From positions 7,381,129 to 7,445,128 of the forward strand of contig CM082576.2 of NCBI GenBank assembly GCA_040954595.2: 64,000 nt of DNA, read 5' to 3'. Within the stretch, counting starts at the first letter, position 1. Each line of letters starts with the position of its first letter. The stretch comes from Balanoglossus misakiensis. Taxonomy: Eukaryota; Animalia; Hemichordata. The position numbers and the translations under genes were made by a program. Below the pieces are notes generated by a model. It saw only the letters and a program-made list of their open reading frames with translations, did no database searches and was not told the origin of the DNA. This document shows positions 1-12,604 of the stretch, in pieces.

Positions 1-2
1 AG

Positions 3-158
3 ATTTACATTGGCGGTGACTTCGTCGGAGGTTGCGACATCATGATACAGATGCACCAGGAGGGAGAACTGATTGAAGAACTCAAGAAAATTGGCATCAC
101 ATCAGCGCTGCTTGAACAAGCAGCCGAGGAACAGTCTGGGCAAGATAAAAAAGAGTAA
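3..158 (+). CDS. GLRX5: Glutaredoxin-5 (mitochondrial monothiol), C-terminal part; gene starts upstream of window
   Basis: Frame from 3 reads [39 protein letters not shown]...KKE*, matching the GLRX5 C-terminus (GGCD motif); AATAAA at 339-344. Confidence 0.9.
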   Translation: MYIGGDFVGGCDIMIQMHQEGELIEELKKIGITSALLEQAAEEQSGQDKKE

Positions 159-274
159 TGAATGTGTTTCCCTCGTTTCAGAAGACTTTCAGTGAGCCAT
201 ACTAGAATAAGTATCCCATGAGGACAAACCGATGACAGATGCGTGACTTCCACGCAATTTTTATATTTCTTATT

Positions 275-1256
275 TTAAGGAGTGTTACATTGCAAGGAAC
301 CTGTATAGATGACTTTTTTTCTCTTGATAGGTTTCTTGAATAAATGAATTGTTGCAGGTAAAAGTTCTGAAGTGTCTGTGTCTTTCAGTAGCTCAGCAGT
401 ATCCAAGACCTCATGCAGGTCCGTTTCAGTACCTGGAATGAACAGTGAAACTTTGAATTCTCGTCATCTATTGAGTCAAATATAATACACACAGTTGACA
501 ATACTATTCTCAGTGTACTCACCAAGAATTTCTGACACTCCAAAAAAGTGCGCCACCACATGCTCATTCGAAGACTTGTACATGTATAGGCATATGTCAA
601 TAGGAGGTGACCGTATATCTTTAACATGGGATTTGGAATATTTCGACAAGTTTCCATCCTCTCAAACGTATAAAGAGAAACGGGAACGTTTCAAATGTGG
701 TGTAAAGTATTGCTGTTTTGGGTAGGTTTGGTCTCTATGGTTTGGTAGTATAGTTCCCGACTTTTAGTGACACAAAATATACGTATGAACTCGAGTGTCT
801 TGGTGTAATAATCGATTATCGTCGCGTACGTGTGTACGTTCTCTGACAAATTTGCCTAGATAGCTAGCGAAGCCGGGTGCATTCCACCAAAAACGAGATC
901 ACGTTTGCTTCTTTATCAAACACCTATATACAAGTAATACCTTCCGGTAAGCATTCGTTTTGATTGAAGTGATTTTAATTTTAAAAAGTGGTTAGACCAG
1001 TATCATCACAACTGGTCAAAAAGAATTGAAAATACAAGTAATACAAATAAATCGAGATGTCAGATTTCATGCGATGTTCATAAGCTTAACAGACACCTGA
1101 CTGACTGATATACAGCTGCAGTAATGCAATTGAGAATTCAAAGTTTCAAATGTCATGAGAAGTACAATAAAATATCTACACATGTACATCCCATCTGGAA
1201 GATAGACAAAAATATCTGTTTGGTGAAGTTCAGTGTCCAATAACGTTTGCACCAGA
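275..1256 (-). other. Possible downstream coding fragments or disrupted continuation of the orphan ORF at 1257-1856
   Basis: Clean 90-nt GT-AG intron 522..433 (CTTG|GTGAGT ... TTCATTCCAG) joins open segments ~658-523 and 432-275 in frame. A +1-frame open segment follows the ORF stop at 1257. No complete uninterrupted model could be built. Confidence 0.3.
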
Positions 1257-1856
1257 TCAATAAAATTTATCCACGATCTTCATAACCATTTCAAAGAGAC
1301 GCGTCGGTAACACGTGTGACAGTGCTATCATGAAGAATCGGAACCAAACTGTCCGGTCCAGCCAAGCAAAGGCAGCCGCAAGTTGAATGCCGATGATTGC
1401 GTATGTCTTCAATTCCTGAATGACAAGTAAAGTCGACGTCGCGTACTCCTGGATGTTAGAGACGAGTTTGGTCGACAGGAGGAACAACTTCTCGGCGAAG
1501 TTGACGAAGCGTCCGACGATCGGCAGACGACGTGCAATGTAAACTGATATTGCCAGAAAGCATCTGAGTGGACCATTCGTATGGTCAATACCAAAGTTAT
1601 CCAAGACTTCACATAAGGCAAACCACAGCCATGGAACGATGGTGGAAGGTTTCCATATAGATACAGCAACGTTGCCTGGAGTTCTTCTGTAAGACCGTTC
1701 AACACGGAGGACGAATGCGATTGGCGCCGTCATCAGCCGAAAGAGTCTCTCATAAAAACACAGAACTCTGCCCACGACGGGTACTTTCTTCATCATGACG
1801 TACAAAGTGGTTATAAGCGTCACCATCAAACGGATGACGAAAGTTCTGATCGCCAT
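1257..1856 (-). CDS. Uncharacterised intronless hydrophobic (probable membrane) protein, ~199 aa, with internal repeat
   Basis: ATG in AAAATGGCG context at 1856 and a 600-nt open frame. Duplicated motif KKVPVVGRVLCFYERLFRLMT / RRLPIVGRFVNFAEKLFLLST, each preceded by a hydrophobic segment. Confidence 0.55.
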   Translation of the reverse strand: MAIRTFVIRLMVTLITTLYVMMKKVPVVGRVLCFYERLFRLMTAPIAFVLRVERSYRRTPGNVAVSIWKPSTIVPWLWFALCEVLDNFGIDHTNGPLRCFLAISVYIARRLPIVGRFVNFAEKLFLLSTKLVSNIQEYATSTLLVIQELKTYAIIGIQLAAAFAWLDRTVWFRFFMIALSHVLPTRLFEMVMKIVDKFY

Positions 1857-2566
1857 TTTGGAAGATGATTTGTGATAAAACACGCAGTGAATGTAACGTT
1901 GTGGTAGAGCATCCAGAGAAATGGAATGAATGGCGTTTCCAAGCAAGAACTTCTTGCAAACAAATATTGCGCGTTCGGTCGCATTGTTTCATGGAAGAAT
2001 AGAACCATCAAGATCGGCGCAGAAATTTGGGAGGTCCTGCTTTCCGAGTAAAGGATGCCGCGCGTTCATGGAATATTGTGCGAGAAATCGTAATTTTTCA
2101 GCTAAAGACAGGAGCTTTTTATTTTAGGCCTAGAAATTAAATTAAGTGCGTCCTCGAACCCGACCTACGTGTATTCCAGTTCAAATCCCCTGATCCTCAA
2201 CATCCTTAGATGAAAAGCTAAAATCGAAGGGTGATTTCAATTCTGTCAAACAATCCAACGTGAATACTTGCGCTATCGCAATCGTATTTTCCATAACATT
2301 TGAAAAGTGCAATCGAAATCAATCTGATAGACATTATTTATTGAAATTTAAACTTGTGACTTGTGTGGTAAGAACTGTCGCGAATAAGCCTTGTGCCTAA
2401 TAATGGATACGTTTCATAGTATACGCATATGCTTGGTGACGAATAGGTGATTCTATTTGCATATGAATAGAGGCCGATAGCTTCCGTGTTACGTTCTCTG
2501 TATGTATACATACATTTGGCGTGGTTTGGTGCACACGTACGTACGTACCACCAGGATGCGTGCACG

Positions 2567-4705
2567 ATGGTCCGTTTTAAGCCCCGAAGGTTTATCGTAA
2601 CCGTGACGCTCATTCTGTGCGTTTTCTTCATGCTCAGGAGTCTGTTTCTCGTGAACGAGGTTACACCTGAGGAGAGTGGTCACAGGTACGATAGAAACCA
2701 CGTACAGGTAAGGCATATGAAAGCCTATCTGGTATTCAAGATGGCGACGCCCATGCGATAAATAACATTCGTGCCGCGGAATTGAATTGAGTGTACGCCA
2801 CTAATAAGACCTAAAAGCAACAAAGAATAGTCATTTTCTATCGCATGCCAACTAAAACGCTTGTGTATCGCGTCATAATCGTTGAGCGTCGTGGGATCCT
2901 TTCCCTAAATTCATTAGGCTTACAGTAAACCACGGTCCCTCTGGCCTCTACCCACTCAACTCTAAACGAATCATATTTCTTTAGCAATAGCATTTCACTG
3001 TGACACACAAGTTTGATTCCTGGGTAGACAGGCCGATCGGCAAATGCAAACCACGTCCCGCGTGCATCCTGTTGATAACGCTGGCCTCAACGACTAAAGT
3101 GAAGTTAATTATTGTCGAAATAGTAAAGTGTGCATGGACACCAAACGTTCTTAGGTCTGGGATCAGGCCTGGTCTGGGATGAACATTTGCATTGCCCCGT
3201 CCCGAGGTTTTATTTTGATATCCACCCAAGCATCTTTCTTGGACGTCAGACGAGGTCATGGAGTGGTCGTTGATAGGCCCACGACAGCTTCATATCTGCG
3301 GTAAGGCAGAGGTTGGACAGTAGGCCTACATATTGAAAAGTAGGCCTATTAAACCTTCTTTGAAAATCATATGAAGTCAGTCAAAAGCAAGCGTTTTCAA
3401 GTCGAGCTACAGAATAGTAGTTACTGAATTCCCTTCCCGGCCTTTTCTAAAGTATGCCTTCAGTACGGGGCGGAACCCGCAAATTATAAACACAGCCATC
3501 GGCCTAAAAGGCTTACGTAAGGTTGTTTGTGGGCTGACTAGGCCTATAGCCTAATTTGATTATGCTTATGCGAAAAATAACTAAGGGTTGTAGGCTAAAT
3601 CAAATCACTTTTAGTTGTTTTTAGGGGGTATTATCTATGTCTTACAATCCAATCCTAATCGAAATTTTTACAACAGGTGAGGGGCCTACTATACTTGCGT
3701 CAAAATATGAAATAAAGTCTTTTGCAATACCACTTGCGATATACAGTAGGCCTGCACGCATCGTTATTCCGACAGTTCAGAATTCCCCGGTAAACTAGGA
3801 ATCTCCAAGTAAAATTAAACCACGATACGCCCAATCTTACGCTAATAAATGCTATGCACGATGCACTCGGCCATCCCGGTCTACTACATACACGTTATCA
3901 TTTTCATTTTGCTTATCATATCGCGTGTGTCACGATATAAAGGCCTGCCATGCCAAAGTTGTCATGTTCTGTCTGCTATCTGGCTATGTTTTTTGCGTGT
4001 CGACCTACGGGTTCAAAAGTCGTGAATTTCGGAGACTGGTTCATACAAGTATAGTCACCGCAAGTAGCTGAGAAATTTTGCCCGGGCGAAGATGTTAAGT
4101 GTTCCGACTTTTACACGCCGATGGATACCCAAAGCATCTTTTTTCAATTTTTGTTTTGCTTCGTTTTGTTTTGTCTTGCCTTCAGGACGACAGCCAAATC
4201 AAAAAGGTTGGATTGGGGGATACCCGGGACACTTTGCTGACCGTTAAACCGGGAACTGTGAATCAGCCTGCGGAATTCAAGAAATGGGTGATTGGGAACT
4301 TTGAAAACCAACCCCCGGTAGACAAGGGCAGAGTTGGACACGGTGAATACGCGAAGCCGGTCAAGACAAGCACACAAGAGCAGAGAGACGTGGAGAGATC
4401 AATCAATGAATACGGATTCAATCAATATGTCAGTGATAAAATATCCCTGGACAGGGAAATCCGCGATTTGCGCGATAATGAGTAAGTGACTGTACAGTTA
4501 CAGTTAGTGGCCATGCATAACGAAAGCAAATCAACGTATTTTGCGCAACCATTTGCAAGTAAGAATAAAACGTTTTCAGTAGTTCGTTGTTTTCTTTAAT
4601 GACAAGCGATGAATTCGGAACTTCAAAGCTGACTATCCCAATTTAGTTCGTAAGTGCAGACATTGGATTAGGCCTATACTGTCTATGATAGAAACAAATT
4701 TTATG

Positions 4706-4736
<31 letters not shown>

Positions 4737-7700
4737 TCCAGGTGTAAATATTGGCATTATCCAGAGTCACTGCCATCCATTGGTGTCATCATCGTCTTTC
4801 ACAACGAGGGTTGGTCGACGTTACTGCGAACGGTGCACAGCGTTTTCAACAGAACCCCGCCGAGACTGCTGCGCGAAGTGATCTTAGTTGACGACTACAG
4901 CGACAAAGGTGACAATGCATCCATATAATTTTTGACAAACGTGTCCATAAGATGACTTTCCTCACAAGACTGTACATTTATGTCGACATGGACACTTTAT
5001 TCATCAAAAATGATTCTGCTGTCTTGTAAAACATGCAAAATTTATATTTTAGTCTTCTTTCAAATTTTGCCACGTTTGTGAATATTTAATCAATAACATA
5101 GTCGACACGTATATGGCACAGTGATTTCGATTTTGCACAGTGTGTGTTTCACATCTTGCATGGTTAGCTGCACCCTTAAAGGACCATATTTTCTGACGTG
5201 GGTATTTCTATAACTACATTAGGCCTAAACATTTTGTCCGTGAGCGGAGACAAAAAGAGAAACAAAAGGCCAGCTGTGCAGAACAATTAACGTATGCTCC
5301 TCTTTTAAGCGTATATTTAAAACATTTTAAAATAATTTTAAATAAAAAATGTATGACATGCAGGTGTCCTCAACCGAACTACAACCCAAACGAAATATTC
5401 CAGGTGAGGGCACTTATACTAGTTACCTCATGCTTTGATCTTCCCACCATACAGAACATTTACGAGAACAACTTGAAGAATACACCGCCAAACCGCGGTT
5501 TTTGGGCAAACTTCGACTAATTCGCAACGCCAAACGCGAAGGTTTGATACGGACACGGACTGTGGGGGCTCGGCATGCGACGGCCGATGTCTTGGTTTGG
5601 TTGGATGCGCACTGTGAAGTGGGAATCAATTGGCTTCCACCATTGCTGTCTCCCATTGCCAATAATAGGTATAGGTTAAATGTTGGTGCAATATTATATT
5701 TTCTCATTTTTTATACATTTTTCTCTAATGTTTCCTTAATTTTGGAATGTAAACCATTGTGGCAAATTGTCTTTCGCCAGGACGGTAGTGACGGTACCCC
5801 TTGTCGACGTCATTGACAACATGGAGTATTCCATGCGACCTCAGGGATCGGGCGAACTCTCCAGGGGAGGCTTCGATTGGAGTCTGTATTGGAAGCATTT
5901 ACCCATGAGCGATGCCGAGAAGAGGAGACGGCATTACGACAGTGAGCCGTACAGGCAAGTAGTATACAACATGACCCGAACTTTCGGTGGTGGTCTGTGG
6001 CACTTCTTTCACCCCCATGAAACAAGAAATGCATAAAGAATGTAGGAGATGGAATATTTACGATACTCGGGACTAGTTTCCACTTTTTAACTGTGTAAAT
6101 GGATTTTAAAAGCCGGAGAAGCGCATTGTGGCTTGATTTAGACTTATTGCAGATGAGATCTCCCAACACCTGTACGTTTCACCCACAAATCGATATGTTT
6201 CACTTTTATTTTTAGGTCTCCTGCGATGGCCGGTGGTCTGTTTGCGATGGCGAGGGATTATTTCTTCGAACTCGGTGCATACGATCCTGGGCTGGAGGTC
6301 TGGGGAGGGGAAAACTTCGAACTGTCGTTCAAGGTGAAGCGTCTGATCTTTTTTCGTCGAGTAAAAACTGTCGCCATGTGTCTGCTAAATACCGCAAGTT
6401 CCGGAAGCTGCTTTAATATTTCCGTGGATTTGGGCACGGCCAACATGAAACCATCCCAAAAATGTAGTGTTCTCTCCGCATTTTCCTTGGTCAGTCAATA
6501 AAGGAATGACGTGTATTTACCAACAATTCTACTATAGTCGGTAGTTTATTTCTTACAAGTATATTTTGTTGTTTTATTTGCAGATTTGGCAGTGTGGCGG
6601 ATCACTGCTGTGGGTGCCGTGTTCCAGAGTTGGTCACGTGTATCGAATACTCGGCAAAGTCCCATACAGAGCTCCGAATGCCACCATGACGCAGTGGTCG
6701 CTCAGGGTAAGTAGATAATTTAAGCGATATTTTTCTTGACAAAAGTGATTTCAGCAATGTCTGGTGTCTCTCATCGCAGATCGTATGAACGGACAGTTGA
6801 TGAGGCAAAAAGTTTACTATGTAAAACTGTTCCAAAGATCGATATCTTTACTGTGGAAAAGACTGTTTTCATCGTGTGGTTGAAATGCACTCTGCAGTGA
6901 GTGTAGCCAGACCCCACCCCACGTCTTTTATTCCAGAATTACCGACGCGTAGTCGAAGTGTGGATGGACGACTACAAGGAATACTTCTACAGGAGCAAAC
7001 CAGAATCCCAACTTTTAACTTACGGGGATATCAGCGCACAATTAGAATTCAAAGAAAAACACAGATGCAAAAATTTCGGCTGGTTCATGAATGAAGTGGC
7101 GCCCGATCTCCTGGACACATACCCACTTCCGGGGGCCAACCTGGGATGGGGTGAAGTAAGTGCATAGCAATCTATACGTTTCTTTCACATTTTGTCGTCT
7201 GCTGTCGCATTGCCAGTTCCACTTCTCCGTTTTCATCCGAATCATGTGACTCTTCTCTGCAATGGCGTGAAGAGTAAAAAGTTTATATACGTCATTATTC
7301 GTTCCTCATAACCAGGGGTACAACCAAGCACACCGAATTTTCACAGACAACACCATTAAGCTACATGATTGGTACAAATATTTCAACACGATGAATACTG
7401 TTATTCTTATATTCTTATATTGCTGATAGTTATTATAGTTTCGTCTTCTGAATTTGTGTCCACAGATAAAATCGGACGCTCGTCGTCTCTGCGTGGATAC
7501 AATGGGAAGCCGCGATGGTGGGCGCGTGGGAGCTTCTGCCTGCCACGGCCAGGGTGGAAACCAGCTCTTCCGAATTACGGCCGACCACGAGTTCAGAGTT
7601 CACGAAATGTGTTTATATGAGATACATTCAGAAGTGAAACTTCGTCGTTGCGATGGAAACACAAAATACACTTGGAATTTCGACGAGGTAGTTTTTCTTT

Positions 7701-8030
7701 TTAAATCTGAAATGTATGACGGCATCTAGAATTTACAGAAGCAATCTCTAAATTTAAATTTCAGTTAGTATTGGGAAATCTGAAGGTTTTTCAATGATGC
7801 TTTTCATTGTATCGTGGTATTCGTTCCATTACAGTTTGACCGCAACTTTAGCTCTGTTTTGACCAATTTCTTTTTCTTTTACTTTCCAGGAGAAACGACG
7901 GGTATATCTAGAGGACAAAAATTTATGTTTAGAATTGGACTCGGGACGCATGAGAATTAGTATGCAAAAATGTGACGAGTCGTCACAACTTCAAAAATGG
8001 ACAATTAATAGTAAATTAAGAATGTCTTGA
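2567..8030 (+). CDS. GALNT7: Polypeptide N-acetylgalactosaminyltransferase, GALNT7-like (10 coding exons)
   Basis: Exons approx. 2567-2707, 4186-4481, 4742-4908, 5454-5668, 5781-5954, 6216-6333, 6584-6706, 6937-7155, 7467-7687, 7890-8030. N-terminal signal anchor; [24 protein letters not shown] (DxH), [26 protein letters not shown]; C-terminal ricin lectin (CHGQGGNQ). Confidence 0.9.
4706..4738. repeat. (CTTT)n microsatellite forming the polypyrimidine tract before GALNT7 exon 3
   Basis: About 8 CTTT units immediately before the CAG acceptor ending at 4741. Confidence 0.9.
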
Positions 8031-9595
8031 TGACAGTTTTTAATAATAATTTTCAACAAACTATGCAACATTAGGATGCGGGTGGCAATATTTCTGGGAC
8101 ACTTTCGGGGGACAGGCGTTAAATGTAAATGTTAGCTATTTTTGTGTGTGGACCACACTTTGAGGGACTTTAGGTCTTCCACCATTTTATCTTGAGAAGT
8201 TTTGTTTTTACAAAGTTTTTGTTTTAGTTTGTGTGTATTCTCTTGTCTGTGTATTTTTCACACTGTGTTTCCAATACCTTGTTCAGATCGTAGTCTCTTC
8301 GTGAGGTAGTTGTTGAATTCTGATAAATGTCTTGTGATGTCATGTCGAGTAAAATCGCAGATGGGATCGCCGCACCGATCGGTCGCACACTTAACAAAAC
8401 ACCATGGATGATCCGTTGGTTTGAAGATACGCAACTAAAGTTGTTTCGTCCCTATCTTCTCTGTAGCCCCATCAACGAACTCATGGCTTAATCTTTATGA
8501 AAGCTGCATCTTGTAAGATTTTATTAATAAGGTTGAGATGTCGTCGTAAGCGATGGTGCCCAGCTTAAAGAAGGAAAAGACATTTACATGTTAGAATCAT
8601 TGTCCGAAGTGTATCGTTCGGCAGAACAACCCAACCCGGTGCCCATCGTTTCTTGCTTTTGTTGGCGAACCCCTTTTAACTTGGTCTCAAAGACAACTCG
8701 TATTCCTTCTTTCTTTTTTGATGTGATGGATGAACTCGAGCGCATATTTCATGTTTGATTAATGTAAACGCTTATACTTTACACATGAGCAAGATTGAAT
8801 AAAAGAAGTGCAATTTTTTGCTATTACTGTGTCAACTTCTTCTTCACATTTTTAATGTATAATTTGCCTCGTTATTGTGCGATTTAATTACACCCACTGC
8901 TCTTATACGATTACGTATAACGAGCGAAGACAGCGGCAGAGAGGAAGAAAGTGAAGTGGCCACTAGAGGGCTAATCTTCGCAGGAGTCCAATTAACCAAA
9001 ATGATGATTCAGGCGGAACACTATTACATTCAAAGAGTAAAGGAGTCAAAAACATAAGATACTGATTAAAACAGAGTTTATTCTCTATGATTTGACATAG
9101 GCAATTTGCTTCAACGTTACTACACCACCAAACGGTGAGAGCGATTCAACAATATAAAAAGCTAAAAGCAAGAGATTGATGTGTTAAATTACAAAACTGT
9201 ATACATTAAGACGATTCTACAAACATGACAAGAGTAGTCTGATATAACTAAGGTCAGGATCATTATCATATGGACACTTGACACAGGAATAAAACTCAGA
9301 AGTATTATTATGACTCATTTTAATAAATAAGTTCTTATTATGTACAAAAATTCTATTTGCTACCAATCCATTTATCAGTTAGTTTATCAGTCTAGAGACT
9401 TCACATAAATTGTAACACTTTCCTCTACCAGTTGGGCACTACTAAATTCAAACATTAGGCATGACAACTGCTGAACATATTTACAAGTTCACTAAAATGA
9501 CCTCCTGAGAGACTAACAGAGACAAGTATCGCACCATATAACCATGACGATTAAACAGAAAAGTACCACATCTGATGCCATTGTAAAAGTACTAT

Positions 9596-10482
9596 CTACA
9601 TGGCTTCAACCTTGGCAGCAAATATTAGGATGTGTTTCTCTACTTCCTTGGTGATCTGTTCTTTAGATGCATTTGGATGATTCCTGATGTAATTTGAAAT
9701 TCCTAAGATTGCTTCGGCCTGGAATACAAATGAAAAGGTTGTGCAAGGTTATATTCCTTCTACAATTAACATTTCAATGCTAGAGAAACATGCAATGTGA
9801 CAGAATGTGCAAGATGTCAATTTTGTGTACGAAATTTGATTGAACAGTAATAATGCGATGAACTTGCAAATATATCTTGCGCACCTGAAATTATGTGACA
9901 AGTCTGTTTAGGATGATTGGAGTCCAGGCATAAGCCTACCAATGATAACCTACCCTTAGTGCATCCATTGCGTCTTCACCAGAAACTCTATGCCATAGTT
10001 CAGAAGCAACTCTCATTGTGGTTATTGCCTTGTAAAACTTCCCACCATCTTCCTCCTTGTTTAACCATGCTAACATTGCTATCTGCGGGTGGGATAATTG
10101 ATCAACATAAATGATCATTTTTAATCAATTAACATGATTGCCTATTTTAAGGAAGAACATGCGTTTTCCTTTATATTTGCTTTCATGTTCCTACTATTCC
10201 TATGCTATTGATCATTGTAATATTTTCTCCATAAACGTAGGCTAGATCTCAAATTAGGTCACCATGGCCCTATCCTTCATTGTTTTGAAAAGTGATTCAA
10301 AATGGGCGGCGCAGTGCCACTCCTGCAGTTGCCTGTCGTGCAAACGTTATGTTCTCACGTTCACCTGTAGCCTATTTGGTCCAGATTATCTTGTGACAAC
10401 ATTCTACCTCAATCGAATAGTTTACCTGTTGTACTAGATCACCAGTTCCTAATCTCCATTCTGGATTACTAAGCTGTTCCAT
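9596..10482 (-). CDS. Uncharacterised small protein, 102 aa, 3 exons
   Basis: Exons 10482-10426, 10082-9954, 9718-9596, all phase 0 with GT-AG sites and no internal stop: MEQLSNPEWRLGTGDLVQQ|IAMLAWLNKEEDGGKFYKAITTMRVASELWHRVSGEDAMDALR|AEAILGISNYIRNHPNASKEQITKEVEKHILIFAAKVEAM*. Confidence 0.75.
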
Positions 10483-10618
10483 GACGAGTTTCTGCTGTAG
10501 ATGTAGCTGCTTTATCACTGTTTATGATACACGGTCACAGGAATGTCATGTGACAATTTCTAACCTATCAACGTTAGTTTACCTGGAGAAAAGAAAGCAG
10601 AAACTCACGAATACTAAT

Positions 10619-12260
10619 ATGGCGGCGCCCAGAGGAAACGAAGCGGTCGAGCTTGGTTTCGTCGAGAAAACGGAAAGTTGGCGTTTAAATAGCAAGTATT
10701 TTCCGTCTAAGGTTGGAGGTAAACCGTCATGGTTGCATCTTAAATCACTCCCACCACCAGAAGAATTTCAGTGTAATTCATGCAAGAATCCATGTATTTT
10801 TCTTCTCCAAATATACGCACCCATCGACGAACAGAAAACGTGTTTTCACAGGACAGTGTATTTGTTCTGCTGTAAGAATCCCGAATGTTACAAACCGAAT
10901 TGCAACTCGCCGTTCATCGCTTTCAGGAGCCAGTTGTCAAGGGAAAACAAGTATTATGATTACGAGCCTGCCGATGAGAGTGAAGAGAGCGAACCGATCA
11001 CCCCGGCCAATTTCGACCAGCGGTTGTGTGTCGTGTGTGGGTGTTTGGGCCCGAAAAGATGCGCGAAATGCCACACGACAAACTACTGTAGCCGTCTCCA
11101 CCAAACAGTTCACTGGAAGGCGGGACATAAAAGCAACTGTGGCAAAACAGAAGGCAAGTTGTTCTTATTCTTAGTTTTTACACACATATGTCCAGATGTC
11201 GTGAGAACTGGTGAGCGCCCTCGTGCGACGAGGAGCAACACATCCAATTGCAACTTCGGTGTATTTATACATGGGGGTAACAAACAGTTAGCAATGACAT
11301 GTGACTTAATAACATCTATTTGTTTTACGCCCCAGGTGGTGAAACAGACACAAGCAAACTATTATTTCCTGAGTCTGAGGTGGTGATAGAAACAGAGGAA
11401 CTGAGGACCGCTAAGCAAAAAGAGAAAAGTGAAACTGAGAAGATGAAGGAATATTCCCAGTTCATGCAAAGTGAAACAGGAAAATCCACTGCCAAGAATG
11501 AAGACATGGCACAGGAGGACTTGGAGAAGATGGCTTTCCATGATGAAGATGTACAGTTCAAGAGGTTTCGAGAAAGGGTCAACCACGAACCAGAGCAGGT
11601 ATGTTACAGAGGTGGACATCAGTATTTCCACAATTAAAATGAATCAAACATTTTGTTATTTAAAAGTGTTAAAACTCTAGCATCTGACAAAGTTAGCTGT
11701 GGACACAACATACCTTCACTTTGTATGATTTACTAGTACTAGTATGTACATGTATACATGAATTTGATTTACGTATTGTTGTATTTTCTTTGCAGGTTTT
11801 GAGGTATGAAAGGGGTGGCAAACCCCTTTGGATATCCAGTGAACACATCCCACAGGTTGATGACATTCCCCCCTGTCAGTGTGGGGCACCTAGGATATTT
11901 GAATTTCAAGTAAGTCTTATTGATATCAGTTGAAATTCTTACTGAGGTTTTTATGCTGGATATGTCTGTTTTTTCCAATAAAAGTACATGTACACGCAGA
12001 TATGACAAAGTAACATTCACTATGATTGACGACAAACACAGTCTTGTTTGAATTCTCAAATACAAATTTGTGTTTTTTCTATCTTCTTTCAGATATTACC
12101 ACAGTTGTTGGGTCATCTCCATGTTGACAGTCTAGGAGCAAGCATTGATTGGGGCACTCTAGCAATTTACACATGCTCCAGTAACTGTGATGCTGGTCCT
12201 GCGTACCACCAAGAGTTTGTGTGGAAACAGGACTGTAGTGATAACACTTCACAAAATTGA
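10619..12260 (+). CDS. PDCD2: Programmed cell death protein 2 (MYND finger, uS5 chaperone)
   Basis: Exons 10619-11153, 11336-11598, 11796-11909, 12093-12260. FPSKVGGKPSWL, MYND finger (CVVCG..C.KC...YCSRLHQTVHW), EPEQVLRY, FEFQILPQLL, SIDWGTLAIYTC; AATAAA at 12301. Confidence 0.95.
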
Positions 12261-12604
12261 AACTGCCATTATCATAAATGATATTGAGATGTACATACAA
12301 AATAAAGCTGACCGACAACATGATGTTCGGTATATAGTGTAAATTAGTGAACTTCATAGTTATTGAAAACATGCAACTGCATTCACTTCAACAGTGTTGC
12401 AACTATGACACAGACTAATTGTGGGAAAGAAGTTGTCTAATATTCCTTGATGGAGAGAGATGATTTAAATAAGACCAGATGATTGCAAGATATAAAGCAG
12501 TACCCCTTGCCGAGAAGCTGTTCACAGATCTGTCATCAAAGCCAGGTCTGAATAATTCATGGCACTGGTGGAAATCTTATTCTAGTACTTAGTATTCACA
12601 GATA

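Noticed and set aside
8302-8323. let-7-like sequence TGAGGTAGTTGTTG in the GALNT7 3' region
   Set aside because: Only the first 9 nt match and no convincing pre-miRNA hairpin surrounds it.
10481-11386. 301-aa ORF in the track as a complete gene
   Set aside because: It is PDCD2 exon 1 plus upstream sequence and read-through of the GC-AG intron; the start is more likely ATG 10619.
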